The notes below the pieces were generated by a model, which was not told the DNA's origin, ran no database searches, and saw nothing but the letters and a program-made list of their open reading frames with translations. Below, one piece after another: positions 9,216 to 18,611 of a DNA stretch of 64,000 bases. A program made the position numbers and the translations under genes. The stretch comes from an uncultured Muribaculaceae bacterium (GTDB lineage: Bacteria; Pseudomonadota; Alphaproteobacteria; Rs-D84): assembly GCA_964619545.1 (NCBI GenBank), contig CAZUED010000003.1, positions 163 to 64,162 of the forward strand. Reading direction: 5' to 3'. Within the stretch, counting starts at the first letter, position 1. Every line of letters starts with the position of its first letter.

Positions 9216-10265
9216 ATGAAAAAACTAATACAATTTTTGTTCGGCCAATGTGCTGAAAAAACTACTGCCGGTGCGCTGGCTAAGAAATTTGGCATGGAGC
9301 TGCATGGTAATGCTTCGGTTCCAGTTCGTGGTGTTGCGCCTATTGCGGATGCAAAGCCCGGTGACTTGGCATTCTATTCAACCGAGAGAAATTCCGAAGC
9401 ATTCAAGATTTTACCGATTGAAACATTAAAAAATACCAAGGCATCGGTAATATTGGTACAAAAAGAAAATGTGAAATTTGCCCCAAAATGTGCAACTTTG
9501 CTGCTGACCGACAGCCCTCGCGCAAACATTATAAAAATCATAGGTGAAATTTATAAAGAAAAACCGCGACTGGGTGTTCATTGGGCTGCTAATATAGAGC
9601 ATGGGGTATTTTTCCGTAAACGCCGAAGTGTTTATGTTAGTCAGTTTGCAACTATTGAAAAGGGTGCGGTGATAGAACAGGGGGTGAAAATTTATCCGGG
9701 GGCTTTCATCGGTCGCGGTGTGGTGCTGGGGACTGGAACAATCGTTCATACTGGTGCACATATTGAAAATGCCACCATTGGTGCGAATTGTGTAATTCAC
9801 AGCGGTGCTGTTATTGGCAAGGAAGGATTTGGATATACGCGTCAAAATGGTAAGAATGTATTTATTCCGCACGTTGGTCGCGTGGTTATCGGGGATCGCG
9901 TTTCTGTTGGTGCAAATTCTTGCATAGATCGCGGAATGATGACAGATACAACCATTGGGGCTGGAACAAAGATTGATAACTTGATTCAGATTGCGCATGG
10001 CGTTGTTATAGGTCAAGAGTGTTTTTTAGCCGCAGGCGTTGGTCTGGCCGGTGGGGTTGTAATTGGCGACAGGGCAATGATTGGCGGTCATGTTGGAATT
10101 GCCAATGGTGTTAAAGTTGGTGATGATGCTGAAATAGGCGCGCAAAGTGGTGTTTTTCGCGATATTCCAGCGGGCGAGCGTCATATGGGCTATCCCGCAG
10201 TTCCGGGGATGGAATTTATGCGCGCTCATGCATGGGTCAAGAAAAACATGAGGGATAAGAAATGA
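9216..10265 (+). CDS. lpxD: UDP-3-O-(3-hydroxyacyl)glucosamine N-acyltransferase
   Basis: Left-handed beta-helix hexapeptide repeats (GVVLGTGTIVHTGAHIENATIGANCVIHSGAVIG...). Position between skp and fabZ. Confidence 0.9.
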   Translation: MKKLIQFLFGQCAEKTTAGALAKKFGMELHGNASVPVRGVAPIADAKPGDLAFYSTERNSEAFKILPIETLKNTKASVILVQKENVKFAPKCATLLLTDSPRANIIKIIGEIYKEKPRLGVHWAANIEHGVFFRKRRSVYVSQFATIEKGAVIEQGVKIYPGAFIGRGVVLGTGTIVHTGAHIENATIGANCVIHSGAVIGKEGFGYTRQNGKNVFIPHVGRVVIGDRVSVGANSCIDRGMMTDTTIGAGTKIDNLIQIAHGVVIGQECFLAAGVGLAGGVVIGDRAMIGGHVGIANGVKVGDDAEIGAQSGVFRDIPAGERHMGYPAVPGMEFMRAHAWVKKNMRDKK

Positions 10266-10690
10266 TGGTAGATACAAAGGGTGTAGAAGCTGTAATTCCA
10301 CATCGCGGCAATATGAGATTGGTGGATGAAATTCGCGAATTTAATGAAATCAGTGGTGTTGGTATAAAACATGTCAGGGATGATGAATTTTGGTGTGCCG
10401 GACATTTTCCCGGAAATCCGATAATGCCTGGTGTTTTACAGGTCGAGGCCTTGGCGCAAACTGCATGCTTTATTGTGTTCAAGCAAATGGGTGCAACAGG
10501 TAAGGACACTTTGGGCTATTTTACCACTATGGAAAAAATCAGATTTTCGCACATGGTAAAACCTGGCGATACGCTTGAATTGCATGTAGAAATTTTGGCA
10601 AAAAAATTAAACATGTATAAATTTCATGGAATTGCAATGGTTGGCGGGAAAAAAGTTTCCGAGGCTACATTTTCCGCAATCATGAATTAA
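10262..10690 (+). CDS. fabZ: 3-hydroxyacyl-ACP dehydratase
   Basis: Hotdog-fold motif HFPGNPIMPGVLQVEALAQ; 4-nt overlap with lpxD. Confidence 0.9.
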   Translation: MMVDTKGVEAVIPHRGNMRLVDEIREFNEISGVGIKHVRDDEFWCAGHFPGNPIMPGVLQVEALAQTACFIVFKQMGATGKDTLGYFTTMEKIRFSHMVKPGDTLELHVEILAKKLNMYKFHGIAMVGGKKVSEATFSAIMN

Positions 10691-10789
10691 AATCGCTGTA
10701 CGTGCCTTTATCGGCAGTTAAATACTTGTATAAAGCATCGGGCGTCCATATAAATGGCGCCCGAATTTTTAATACGTGTTTTGCGAAAG

Positions 10790-11000
10790 AAACACAGGTT
10801 ATGTTAGAGCATAAGTTATAGGGCATAACGCATAGATATTTTTTACCTTGTGCCTTATGCTCTAAAAACACCCATCCATTTTGTTCCAGGATTTTTAGGT
10901 CGCGGGTTTGCAGCAGTATAAAGTTTATTTTCCCTGAACCGACTTGTATCATAGTGTATCTATGTCTTATGCCTTTAGCCTTATGCTCTAAAACGATTGC
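10790..11000. repeat. non-coding cluster of short direct and inverted repeats (unit ~cttatgctctaa / ttagagcataag)
   Basis: atgttagagcataag at ~10801; gccttatgctctaaaa at ~10852 and again at ~10976; surrounding partial copies (gcataacgcatagat, gtatctatgtcttatgcc). Confidence 0.6.
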
Positions 11001-11097
11001 GCAGTGTCGAAATTTTCGGCAAAAAATGCGTGGCATTATTTTCCTGGTATTATTTGTAAATCCGATAAGCATGAAAATCTCCGATTTTTATTTAATT

Positions 11098-11209
11098 TTC
11101 AAAGTGCAATTGTGGTGTCGGCTTCACCGACAACCTATAAATAATTATTTTACCTGTGAGCAACGCGAACACATTAATTGCACATTGCACTTTGCTAATT
11201 GCTCATTAG
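11098..11209. repeat. left copy of a ~110-bp repeat element, forming an inverted pair with 18612-18722
   Basis: caattgtggtgtcggcttcaccga...ataattatt...tgtgagcaacgcgaacacattaattgcac matches the reverse complement of 18620-18704 at about 80%. The copy carries caaagtgcaat / attgcactttg termini and repeated (g)caattg sub-motifs. Confidence 0.8.
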
Positions 11210-11616
11210 TTTTCCAGCCATCCTTTGATTTTTGCAGCTTGCGCGATAGTTTGCATTGCATCATTCCACAGGGCAGCTTTGGCATTTTCTGACCATTCAT
11301 GCTGATGTGGAGCGCGCCGCAAGTCTCCAAATTCTTTCAAGACTTCCAGTTGTTTGGGCGTTAGCTTGCCGGCCAGGTAAAGCCGAGTGATAAGAGTTTC
11401 AACATCAATAGCTTCACAAGGATATGGATTTCGTGCCACTGGTCTTCCGATACGCATACGCGCAATGCTGGCAGATGAAAGCGCATCCTTTTGTCGGCAA
11501 GTTAAAAACCAAAACCACATTTGATCGGCGTCTTGAAATTTTCTTTCTGGTGCGTCAAAAGCCGTAGAAGGTATATTTTTTTGTTTTAAGTTGGCGTTCA
11601 TTTTTTCTCTCTCCAT
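11206..11616 (-). CDS. hypothetical protein inside the inverted-repeat-bounded cassette
   Basis: 136-aa ORF with no recognisable motif. Its stop abuts the left inverted repeat, and it has its own upstream region. Confidence 0.45.
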   Translation of the reverse strand: MEREKMNANLKQKNIPSTAFDAPERKFQDADQMWFWFLTCRQKDALSSASIARMRIGRPVARNPYPCEAIDVETLITRLYLAGKLTPKQLEVLKEFGDLRRAPHQHEWSENAKAALWNDAMQTIAQAAKIKGWLEN

Positions 11617-11739
11617 TTTACCCCGTATAATTACTGGGTATGCATTCCTACACTAAAAATAATTGAATTATATCAAATGATACAACTACAAATAGATACT
11701 GCGGTTAGGTTTCTGACATTTTTTGTTTTTTGATAAATT

Positions 11740-11768
11740 AAAAAAATTCGCCACTTGGGCGAATCGGA
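11740..11768 (-). terminator. rho-independent terminator downstream of the Cys-rich gene
   Basis: Hairpin ttcgccacttgggcgaa with an A-run on the plus strand (T-run on the minus strand). Confidence 0.6.
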
Positions 11769-11790
11769 GAATTGTAAATACTAAATAAAA

Positions 11791-13938
11791 TTATCTATCT
11801 TGACCGATTTTGGTAGATGTTCCGGATTTCAGGTTGTCATTGGCTATACGAAGTTGTACTTGGTATGCGTTTATACAATCTGTCATACTGGAATTAGTCA
11901 TAGAATCGCCACATTTTTCAAATTGAGATTCAGATAATTTCAATGTTGTTGACATTCCTTTCAGCAAGTCAGAATCAAATTTAAGCTGCTTTCTGGCATC
12001 TGTTTTATTTGATGCGGAACGTATTACGCTCAAGTTGTTATTCAAGCAAGAAATCATATCTGATGTGCTGTAAACCTCATTACAATCACGAGCACCATTT
12101 AATCTTACATTACCTTTAGAAGATTTGCTTGCACTAGTAGAAGAATCATCAGTAGTATCGCCGCCAGCGGCCTGTAATTTTGATACCAGAATGGATTTCT
12201 CCATCTGAGTCTTTAACCGCTTCATAGTAACGTCCAAAAAGTCATACTGACGTTTCATCTGTTGAGTAATAATTGTCGTTTTCAATGCGATTGTATCCGC
12301 CATCATTTGTTTGTCAGCGGCCGAGGTTGGATTTTTTGTACTTCCAATGTTATAAGCATGGGTGCTGCACAAAGCGATGGCTGAATTGATATAATCATTT
12401 CCGCTGTCTTCTTTGCACCCGTTATCAGCTGTGCCAATGGAAAGAATTGCGTCCAGATTGTTGTTTTTGACACACAGATTGCGATCTGGCAAACGTCTTA
12501 GCTGTGCCAAATTACTTATAACAGCTAACTGATCAGAATTTGTTGCACACCATTTTATTGCGTCGGCTGCAGATTCTTCGCCGCGAATTACACTTGGTGC
12601 GTCCTGGGCAATTATTCTGCGCAAAGTTTCTATATCAATCGTCGATTGCTTTTTGCGATTTTTAAATAACACGGAATTATCAATTGCGTCAGATGCACAT
12701 GCAACGCGAATCCCGCCAGAACTGCCCGCATCCATATCCAGCCAGTTTTGTTGAATGTCCTCTTGATTATTTAACATCTTTAACAAAGTGCAATGGGGCT
12801 GTTGAGATTTTACTCGGCGGTTCCCCTGAGCATCATTTTCGTATGCTATAGGCCAGTATCCGCGGCCGGTTTTTGTATCATAATCGCAAGTTATGCTTGT
12901 CTTATCATCAATTTTTTCAGTTTGATTTTGAGAACATGTCTCGCACATATATTGCCCCCAGACATTGCAAGAGCCATTCAGCATCATGTAAATATCTGTT
13001 ATATCAACGCCCAAAGATTGCGCTAAAACCAACGCATCATACAACTCGTCCAAAACTGCATCATACGGATCAAAGAATTTATTTGCCTTATCCTTGAACG
13101 CTTTGACTCGCCGAGGACCCTGGCAATTATTTCCATTAGAATCACAACGCGCATAATCAAAAACATTTTGCATTGTGTTTTTTAAATCTTTCATCGCAAC
13201 ATCAGAATTTTCAAGCTGGGTCAGTATTTGACCACCAATTTGTTCGCGTGCCAAAACATCTGCCGATACACCCGCATTGACTGCATTAGTAATTGTTTTA
13301 TCGGGTGCTGATGCGCTTGCTGCTTGGGCCGCGGCCTGTGCTTGCTGGGCCGCCAGTTGTTTTTGCTCTTCCAATGCTTGCTGAACAGCCGCGGCGGATT
13401 GAGCAGATTGTTCTTGCATCTGTTGCTGCATCTGCATCATCTGCGCTTGCATTTGTTCTATCTGAGTGTTTGATTGCGCCGCTGCTGCATTTGCAGCCTG
13501 CGTTGTTGCAGCATTTTGCGCCTCGGTTGCTTTTGCAATAGCGGCACTTACCATCTGTGCCGCCAATGTTTGGATTAAATCGTCACCATATTGCTCGCAC
13601 GAAGGATTACTTTTCACGCAACCTTTCACAATCGGAAGCGCCAATTCCATGGTTGTGCAGCCCGCGCACTTTGGCTGGGCGCAACGCAAAATAAGTGAAT
13701 TACAATTTCCAAAATCTGCAACCGGCCTTTGTTGCCCCAGTGGATTAGGGTTTATCGCGGCATTCCACTGATTGTTGTTCAATGCGCCGGCACTGCCGGT
13801 AAATACAGTTCTGTTACCTGAAATTCCGCCAGAATTTGCAAAAGAAGGCCCTGGTCCGCCGATAGGACTGTCGCCATAGGCAGTCCCCAGTGCAAAGCAG
13901 GCGGTACAAACAGATAAAAATCTGATTAAAATCTTCAT
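11791..13938 (-). CDS. large secreted Cys-rich, Gln/Ala-rich coiled-coil protein; last gene of the VirB8/9/10-like operon
   Basis: Signal peptide MKILIRFLSVCTACFALGTAYG. Low-complexity run AQAAAQAASASAPDK with QQMQ repeats, and many Cys (CAQPKCAGC, CETCSQNQ). Starts 67 nt downstream of the VirB10-like stop. Confidence 0.7.
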   Translation of the reverse strand: MKILIRFLSVCTACFALGTAYGDSPIGGPGPSFANSGGISGNRTVFTGSAGALNNNQWNAAINPNPLGQQRPVADFGNCNSLILRCAQPKCAGCTTMELALPIVKGCVKSNPSCEQYGDDLIQTLAAQMVSAAIAKATEAQNAATTQAANAAAAQSNTQIEQMQAQMMQMQQQMQEQSAQSAAAVQQALEEQKQLAAQQAQAAAQAASASAPDKTITNAVNAGVSADVLAREQIGGQILTQLENSDVAMKDLKNTMQNVFDYARCDSNGNNCQGPRRVKAFKDKANKFFDPYDAVLDELYDALVLAQSLGVDITDIYMMLNGSCNVWGQYMCETCSQNQTEKIDDKTSITCDYDTKTGRGYWPIAYENDAQGNRRVKSQQPHCTLLKMLNNQEDIQQNWLDMDAGSSGGIRVACASDAIDNSVLFKNRKKQSTIDIETLRRIIAQDAPSVIRGEESAADAIKWCATNSDQLAVISNLAQLRRLPDRNLCVKNNNLDAILSIGTADNGCKEDSGNDYINSAIALCSTHAYNIGSTKNPTSAADKQMMADTIALKTTIITQQMKRQYDFLDVTMKRLKTQMEKSILVSKLQAAGGDTTDDSSTSASKSSKGNVRLNGARDCNEVYSTSDMISCLNNNLSVIRSASNKTDARKQLKFDSDLLKGMSTTLKLSESQFEKCGDSMTNSSMTDCINAYQVQLRIANDNLKSGTSTKIGQDR

Positions 13939-14005
13939 ATTCTCTCTTGAAGCAAGTTTATCATAAAATGCGAGGAAATGCAAGCCTCCCTTTAACAAGT
14001 GGAAG

Positions 14006-16300
14006 CTAAATTATTGGGGGAAAGCAATCACCGCCAGCTGCTGGACAGCAGTTGAATCCTTGGCTACCCATGTCTGTATAAACCTCGCCCGTGCAACAGC
14101 CGTTTAAGTCTGGCGATGTACCATCTTCGCAGGTCAGTGCCGTCGTGGTGGTGGTTGCGGGTGGTGTTTCTTTGGCAAATGGATTTTTTATTGTACCGTC
14201 CGCATTGTATTGCAGGCCCAAAACTTGCTCGTTATATTCTTTTGTTCCCTTAGTTAATTGCTGGCCATTGGTTCCGACAATACCGGTTTGCTGCTGGTTA
14301 TTCCAAATAGCCTGCTGTTGGGCATTATTTATCGCTTGATACTGAATTGCTTTACAATATGCAACAACGGTACGATAGTCATAGCCAGCCTCGGAAATAG
14401 TTTGTGCTGTTACACCCGCACTCAGCTGTCCATTAGTGCCGCAGTATTTCTGTATATCAAATCCGCGAACTTGTCCAACCCATGATGCATCATCATAATT
14501 TGGTATGGCTTCGGACGCTTTATGAGAAACATATTGCGAAGGAGTCAAATTGCAATTTTCAAGCCCATTCACCTTGTCGCAGAAGTTCACAATTAAATCC
14601 TTTGGCGAATAAACCGTTATGCGCGTACCAGCGGCAATAGAAAATGGAGGAACCGTGTTGTCCAGCATATCAACCATTAATTTTTGCGCAACTCTGTTCC
14701 ATGTTGAAATAATTTCATTTTTTGCCAGCTCGGACGAGCGAACTTGACCACTTTGTGTAACCGTATTGTTATCCAGATCAATTTGATTTACGAACTTGTC
14801 TGAAATTGGCGCAATCAAATTAACAGCGGCAGGCACAACTGCCGTTATCATCGGCATTATGAATTGCTCCATATAATCTGTGCTGCCGTGACCTGGAACG
14901 CCAACGCGACCTTGGCTGTCGCCAGCAAAGGGCTCGTCCCCGGCAAAGCTGAATTCAACTCCGTCCGGTCTAACAAAGCGATACCATTTGATTTGCATAC
15001 GACCGATGGCTTTATACGGACCCGGCATTTCACCAGTCAAATAACCCAACATCAATGTTCCGGTCGGAATTATTATAGTGCGTCCGTTATCAGAATAGAC
15101 ATGTCTATCAACTGTTGCCTGAACTGGCAACATGGATTGACGCTCTATCTTTGCATCTGCACGTATTTCATTTACGATTGTCGCAGGAATAGGCTTGTAC
15201 TGGCGCAGAACAAAAGTGCGGTCATAGGGCTCGGTCGATATAAATGCATCGCCCGCAGATGAAGGTACCAGGTTACTTTCTGGTTTATATGCAAATGCTG
15301 GATTTATCTCTGACAAACGTTTTGCACCACCCGCAGCTCTGGGTAATTCTGCCGCTGCTGCATTTACTTGTCTTGCTCGATTTTGTACGCGTGCGTTCGC
15401 CGGATTGGACAATACAGGAACATTCGCGCTTGATGCAATAAATCCGATTCGATCAAAGTCAGAGCCTATTTTTCTGCTGGGATTTTTAAGATCGGTAATA
15501 AATCCGGTATCCAAATTATATTCACCCAGTGGGCTGGTGCAGTCCAAGTCAGAAAAAGGATGAAAAAGATAATGTCCACCTTGGGGACGTATCCATCCGA
15601 TTTGCTTTCCATATGCGTCATAGCCGCCGAATGCAAATTCATAGCAGCGCTCGGTATTTAATGCTGCTGTAGTTACTGGCGCAGGCAAATTTTCTGTTGC
15701 AAATTTTGGCGCAAGGGTTTCGACCGCCTCGGCCACAGGATTAATTTCAGGGGCAGTCAAAACAGGTTCTGGTTCTGGCAATTGCACTGGTTTTTGTGGT
15801 TCTACTTTTTTTGTAGATAAAGCAACAGGAATTTCAGCAGTTTGTGCCATTTTGGCCTCGGCACTGGCGGGGTAATACTCAATAAGTACTTTAATGCCGG
15901 TTGGTTCCAAGTCTGCAGCAGGCGTCCAAGTTAATTCTGCACTGCAAGGAATGCCAAGTGTAATTTCGCCCATATTTGTACAGGTGGTATCTATGCTTAA
16001 TCCATCAATTTTTTGGGATAGTTTTACGCTGGGAATCATTGCGACTGCATTCGAAGAAATTTTAATAGTCTGTGTCTGTTTTTCGCCAACTGGAATGTTT
16101 TGCCATGCGATCTCAGATGGATCCATGGTCAGCTCCAGAACTGGTTTTGATTCGGACTTTGGTTTATCCTTGGAATCGCGACCCATCAGAATAACCAGCA
16201 AAACAACGACTACCAAAAAAGCAGCGAACATCACGATCCACAGCACATGCCGTGGCATGGACTTTTTTACATCGCTGATAGTGGTTGTTATCATCGCCAA
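14006..16300 (-). CDS. VirB10/TrbI/TraB-like T4SS core protein with an extended Gln-rich, Cys-rich C-terminal tail
   Basis: N-terminal TM (HVLWIVMFAAFLVVVVLLVILMG), a Pro-rich linker (PEPEPVLTAPEINPV), then a VirB10-like barrel region (GRTIIIPTGTLMLGYLTGEMPGPYKAIGRMQIKWYRFVRPDGVEF...AAGTRITVY). About 250 extra residues follow, ending CEDGTSPDLNGCCTG...NCCPAAGGDCF. Confidence 0.75.
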   Translation of the reverse strand: MAMITTTISDVKKSMPRHVLWIVMFAAFLVVVVLLVILMGRDSKDKPKSESKPVLELTMDPSEIAWQNIPVGEKQTQTIKISSNAVAMIPSVKLSQKIDGLSIDTTCTNMGEITLGIPCSAELTWTPAADLEPTGIKVLIEYYPASAEAKMAQTAEIPVALSTKKVEPQKPVQLPEPEPVLTAPEINPVAEAVETLAPKFATENLPAPVTTAALNTERCYEFAFGGYDAYGKQIGWIRPQGGHYLFHPFSDLDCTSPLGEYNLDTGFITDLKNPSRKIGSDFDRIGFIASSANVPVLSNPANARVQNRARQVNAAAAELPRAAGGAKRLSEINPAFAYKPESNLVPSSAGDAFISTEPYDRTFVLRQYKPIPATIVNEIRADAKIERQSMLPVQATVDRHVYSDNGRTIIIPTGTLMLGYLTGEMPGPYKAIGRMQIKWYRFVRPDGVEFSFAGDEPFAGDSQGRVGVPGHGSTDYMEQFIMPMITAVVPAAVNLIAPISDKFVNQIDLDNNTVTQSGQVRSSELAKNEIISTWNRVAQKLMVDMLDNTVPPFSIAAGTRITVYSPKDLIVNFCDKVNGLENCNLTPSQYVSHKASEAIPNYDDASWVGQVRGFDIQKYCGTNGQLSAGVTAQTISEAGYDYRTVVAYCKAIQYQAINNAQQQAIWNNQQQTGIVGTNGQQLTKGTKEYNEQVLGLQYNADGTIKNPFAKETPPATTTTTALTCEDGTSPDLNGCCTGEVYTDMGSQGFNCCPAAGGDCFPPII

Positions 16301-16321
16301 CGCAGACTCCTGAGCCTTTTA

Positions 16322-17797
16322 TTATTGAACTCTTACTACATTGCAAGCGGTCCCTTGGAACTTTGTCATTTTATCACAAAGCTTTTGTGCGCTTTCAATG
16401 TCCGACATGGGCCCAATACGCAGGCGATAAAGCCGCGCGGTTGCAGCGCCCGTACCCAGATCTCCAACTCCAGACTCGTCAACTGCGAAATAAACCATAT
16501 TACGATAAGGATTCAGCAGTCCTTGTCCATCATCACCACTGAATTTCGCCAGCAGCTTTGTCCAATAATCATTCAGTGCTTTGACAGAAGTATCGGATTT
16601 CAGCTCAACAGCGACACCTGCTTGATTAGAGGTTATAATTGGAATGTCGCTTTGCGGCAGGAACGAGCCCGCAGTATTGCGAACACTTGGCAGCATATTA
16701 ACGCCAGTCGCACCAGTTGATGCGCCATTTGTCGGCATTACCATCGGCGGTTGAAATCCATTAACCTGTTGGTCAGTGATTGGCTGCAACATTGCACCAG
16801 AATCAACCGGCATATTTCCATAACCAACATTTTGCAAGGATTGTGATGATTGCATGCTTTGCATAACGTTAGATTCAGCCAGTGCCATGACGCTGGAAGT
16901 GTCAGCAATCAAGAAGGGTTTTGCGCGACGCTTGATACAAACAATTCGCTGACCACTGCGCAATACCATATCCCCAACTGCTTCTACAATCAACAGGCGT
17001 CCGTTTTCACCATCAGTACGAAAACCGACTGGCGATTCACCACCTTCGACCAAGATAGAAACAACTGGTCTTTGAGTCATTGCGATAACCTTGTCGCCAA
17101 AATCAATATAGGTAAAGATTCTGTCGCGCCATACGCGTTCAGGCGCAATTACAAAGTCATCAGGATTCGGGACAAAAATGTCTAAATCAAAGCGGAACTC
17201 TGACGGATCAATTTTCATTGTTTTTATCCAGCCGTAATCTTCGCCGTCAACGCCCAAGGTAGAAGTTGAATTTTTCTTTGGGAAAATAGAGTTCATACCA
17301 GAAGTTTGACCAGCAGAAGAGCTGGTTGCATTTGGTATGCTAGAACGCCCATCCAGAACAACATCAACCTGGGAATAAGAAATTTCGCTGGAATTAGCAG
17401 GTTCGGAACGCAGATAGAATAAATATTTATTTCCTGATTTGCCAGTAATAATCAAATTTGTGTCGCTGCCCTGATTTGTTGCAACCGGTGTCATATAAAT
17501 TGTTCTGCCACCTTTTTGCGGATCCATTTGGAACAAACCTTCGTTACCAATGACGCCATCTTCGATAATTTCGCCTTCGGGCAAATTTATCATGGTTACC
17601 ATTCCATTACGCAAACGAATCGGAAGAACTGCGCCTGGCGCCCATGTCAGTTGGGCAAAGCCAGGTTTAGAACTGCCTGTGGCCATATTTGCCTCTGGGT
17701 TATCCCACGCATCCTGGACACCATAATCTTCGGCACTTGCCCCGCCAATACAAAAGGCAAAAATCAAAGGGCAAAGAGCAAATAATTTTATATTCAT
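16322..17797 (-). CDS. VirB9/TraK/CagX-like T4SS outer-membrane core protein, about twice the usual VirB9 size
   Basis: Signal peptide MNIKLFALCPLIFAFCIGGASA. N-terminal VirB9 signature GMVTMINLPEGEIIEDGVIGNEGLFQMDPQKGGRTIYMTPVATNQGSDTNLIITGKSGNKYLFYLRSEP (TNL...T...Y.F.L pattern). Confidence 0.75.
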   Translation of the reverse strand: MNIKLFALCPLIFAFCIGGASAEDYGVQDAWDNPEANMATGSSKPGFAQLTWAPGAVLPIRLRNGMVTMINLPEGEIIEDGVIGNEGLFQMDPQKGGRTIYMTPVATNQGSDTNLIITGKSGNKYLFYLRSEPANSSEISYSQVDVVLDGRSSIPNATSSSAGQTSGMNSIFPKKNSTSTLGVDGEDYGWIKTMKIDPSEFRFDLDIFVPNPDDFVIAPERVWRDRIFTYIDFGDKVIAMTQRPVVSILVEGGESPVGFRTDGENGRLLIVEAVGDMVLRSGQRIVCIKRRAKPFLIADTSSVMALAESNVMQSMQSSQSLQNVGYGNMPVDSGAMLQPITDQQVNGFQPPMVMPTNGASTGATGVNMLPSVRNTAGSFLPQSDIPIITSNQAGVAVELKSDTSVKALNDYWTKLLAKFSGDDGQGLLNPYRNMVYFAVDESGVGDLGTGAATARLYRLRIGPMSDIESAQKLCDKMTKFQGTACNVVRVQ

Positions 17798-17876
17798 TTC
17801 ACATCCTTCCTAATTTTTTTCTCAAGCGAATTCAGCTGTGACATTTGCCACTTGCCGTTTGCTATTTAAGTTTATG

Positions 17877-18530
17877 CTATTGCATAAAATCGAGCGGATC
17901 ACTTCCCCCTGATTCCACCCGGTATTCCGAGACTTGCAGCCCCAGCGGATTTTCCTGTCTGTTGCCCCATTTCAATTCTGGCGTGTAGGTCAATCCTATT
18001 ACAATAGTAAAATCTTTTGGCGGGGTATGTCCAGCGCTTTCTGATGTGCAAAACCATCTGAATTTTACAGCGAATTTATCACTTCCGCGTGGCTCAATTG
18101 CGGGCGATTGAAACTCTACAGGGCACGAAAACTGAACGTTCGGAGAATCCTGCATGAAAGCAGACCATAACTGAGTTGTTGCAAATCTGGCATAAACCTC
18201 TCTAGATGACCAGATATAAACTGGGCCGTCTGGGCTGCGCCACTTGTACCGCATGGTATTTACATTGGGTGTTATTTCGTTGCGCGCGCGAATATATTCC
18301 TTGATGAAGCTTTCCTTGTAATCGATCATAGTTTTGTTATTTACTGGCAGTTGTTGAATTTCGATTATTTGACCCTCGACACGGCGCGCATTCAGCAAGA
18401 AAACCTGGGTCCTATTCAATGGGAACATGTTAGAGACTGCGAAAATCATGGCCAAAGCAGTTGCAATTGCTGCGGCCAGCACGAAAGACATCATGCGCGC
18501 GGTAAAAGCATTGGGTGTGACAACTGCCAT
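17877..18530 (-). CDS. VirB8/TraE-like bitopic inner-membrane T4SS protein
   Basis: Single N-terminal TM (MMSFVLAAAIATALAMIFAVSNMF), a ~180-aa periplasmic domain, and the near-C-terminal motif NPLGLQVSEYRVE, matching the conserved VirB8 NPxG(F/L)xV...Y signature. Confidence 0.75.
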   Translation of the reverse strand: MAVVTPNAFTARMMSFVLAAAIATALAMIFAVSNMFPLNRTQVFLLNARRVEGQIIEIQQLPVNNKTMIDYKESFIKEYIRARNEITPNVNTMRYKWRSPDGPVYIWSSREVYARFATTQLWSAFMQDSPNVQFSCPVEFQSPAIEPRGSDKFAVKFRWFCTSESAGHTPPKDFTIVIGLTYTPELKWGNRQENPLGLQVSEYRVESGGSDPLDFMQ

Positions 18531-18611
18531 TTTCTTCAGAATTCTCCCTTCTTTGCGCGATTGTAGTAAATTTCCAGATTACTATGCAAGGGAAAAGTTC
18601 AATTTTCAATT

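Noticed and set aside
10680-11292. ORFs 10680-11072 (minus) and 10954-11292 (plus) in the repeat region
   Set aside because: The protein sequences are just translated copies of the short DNA repeats (VLEHKAKGIRH/FLEHKAQGKKY). There is no RBS, and they overlap the inverted repeat. These are treated as non-coding.
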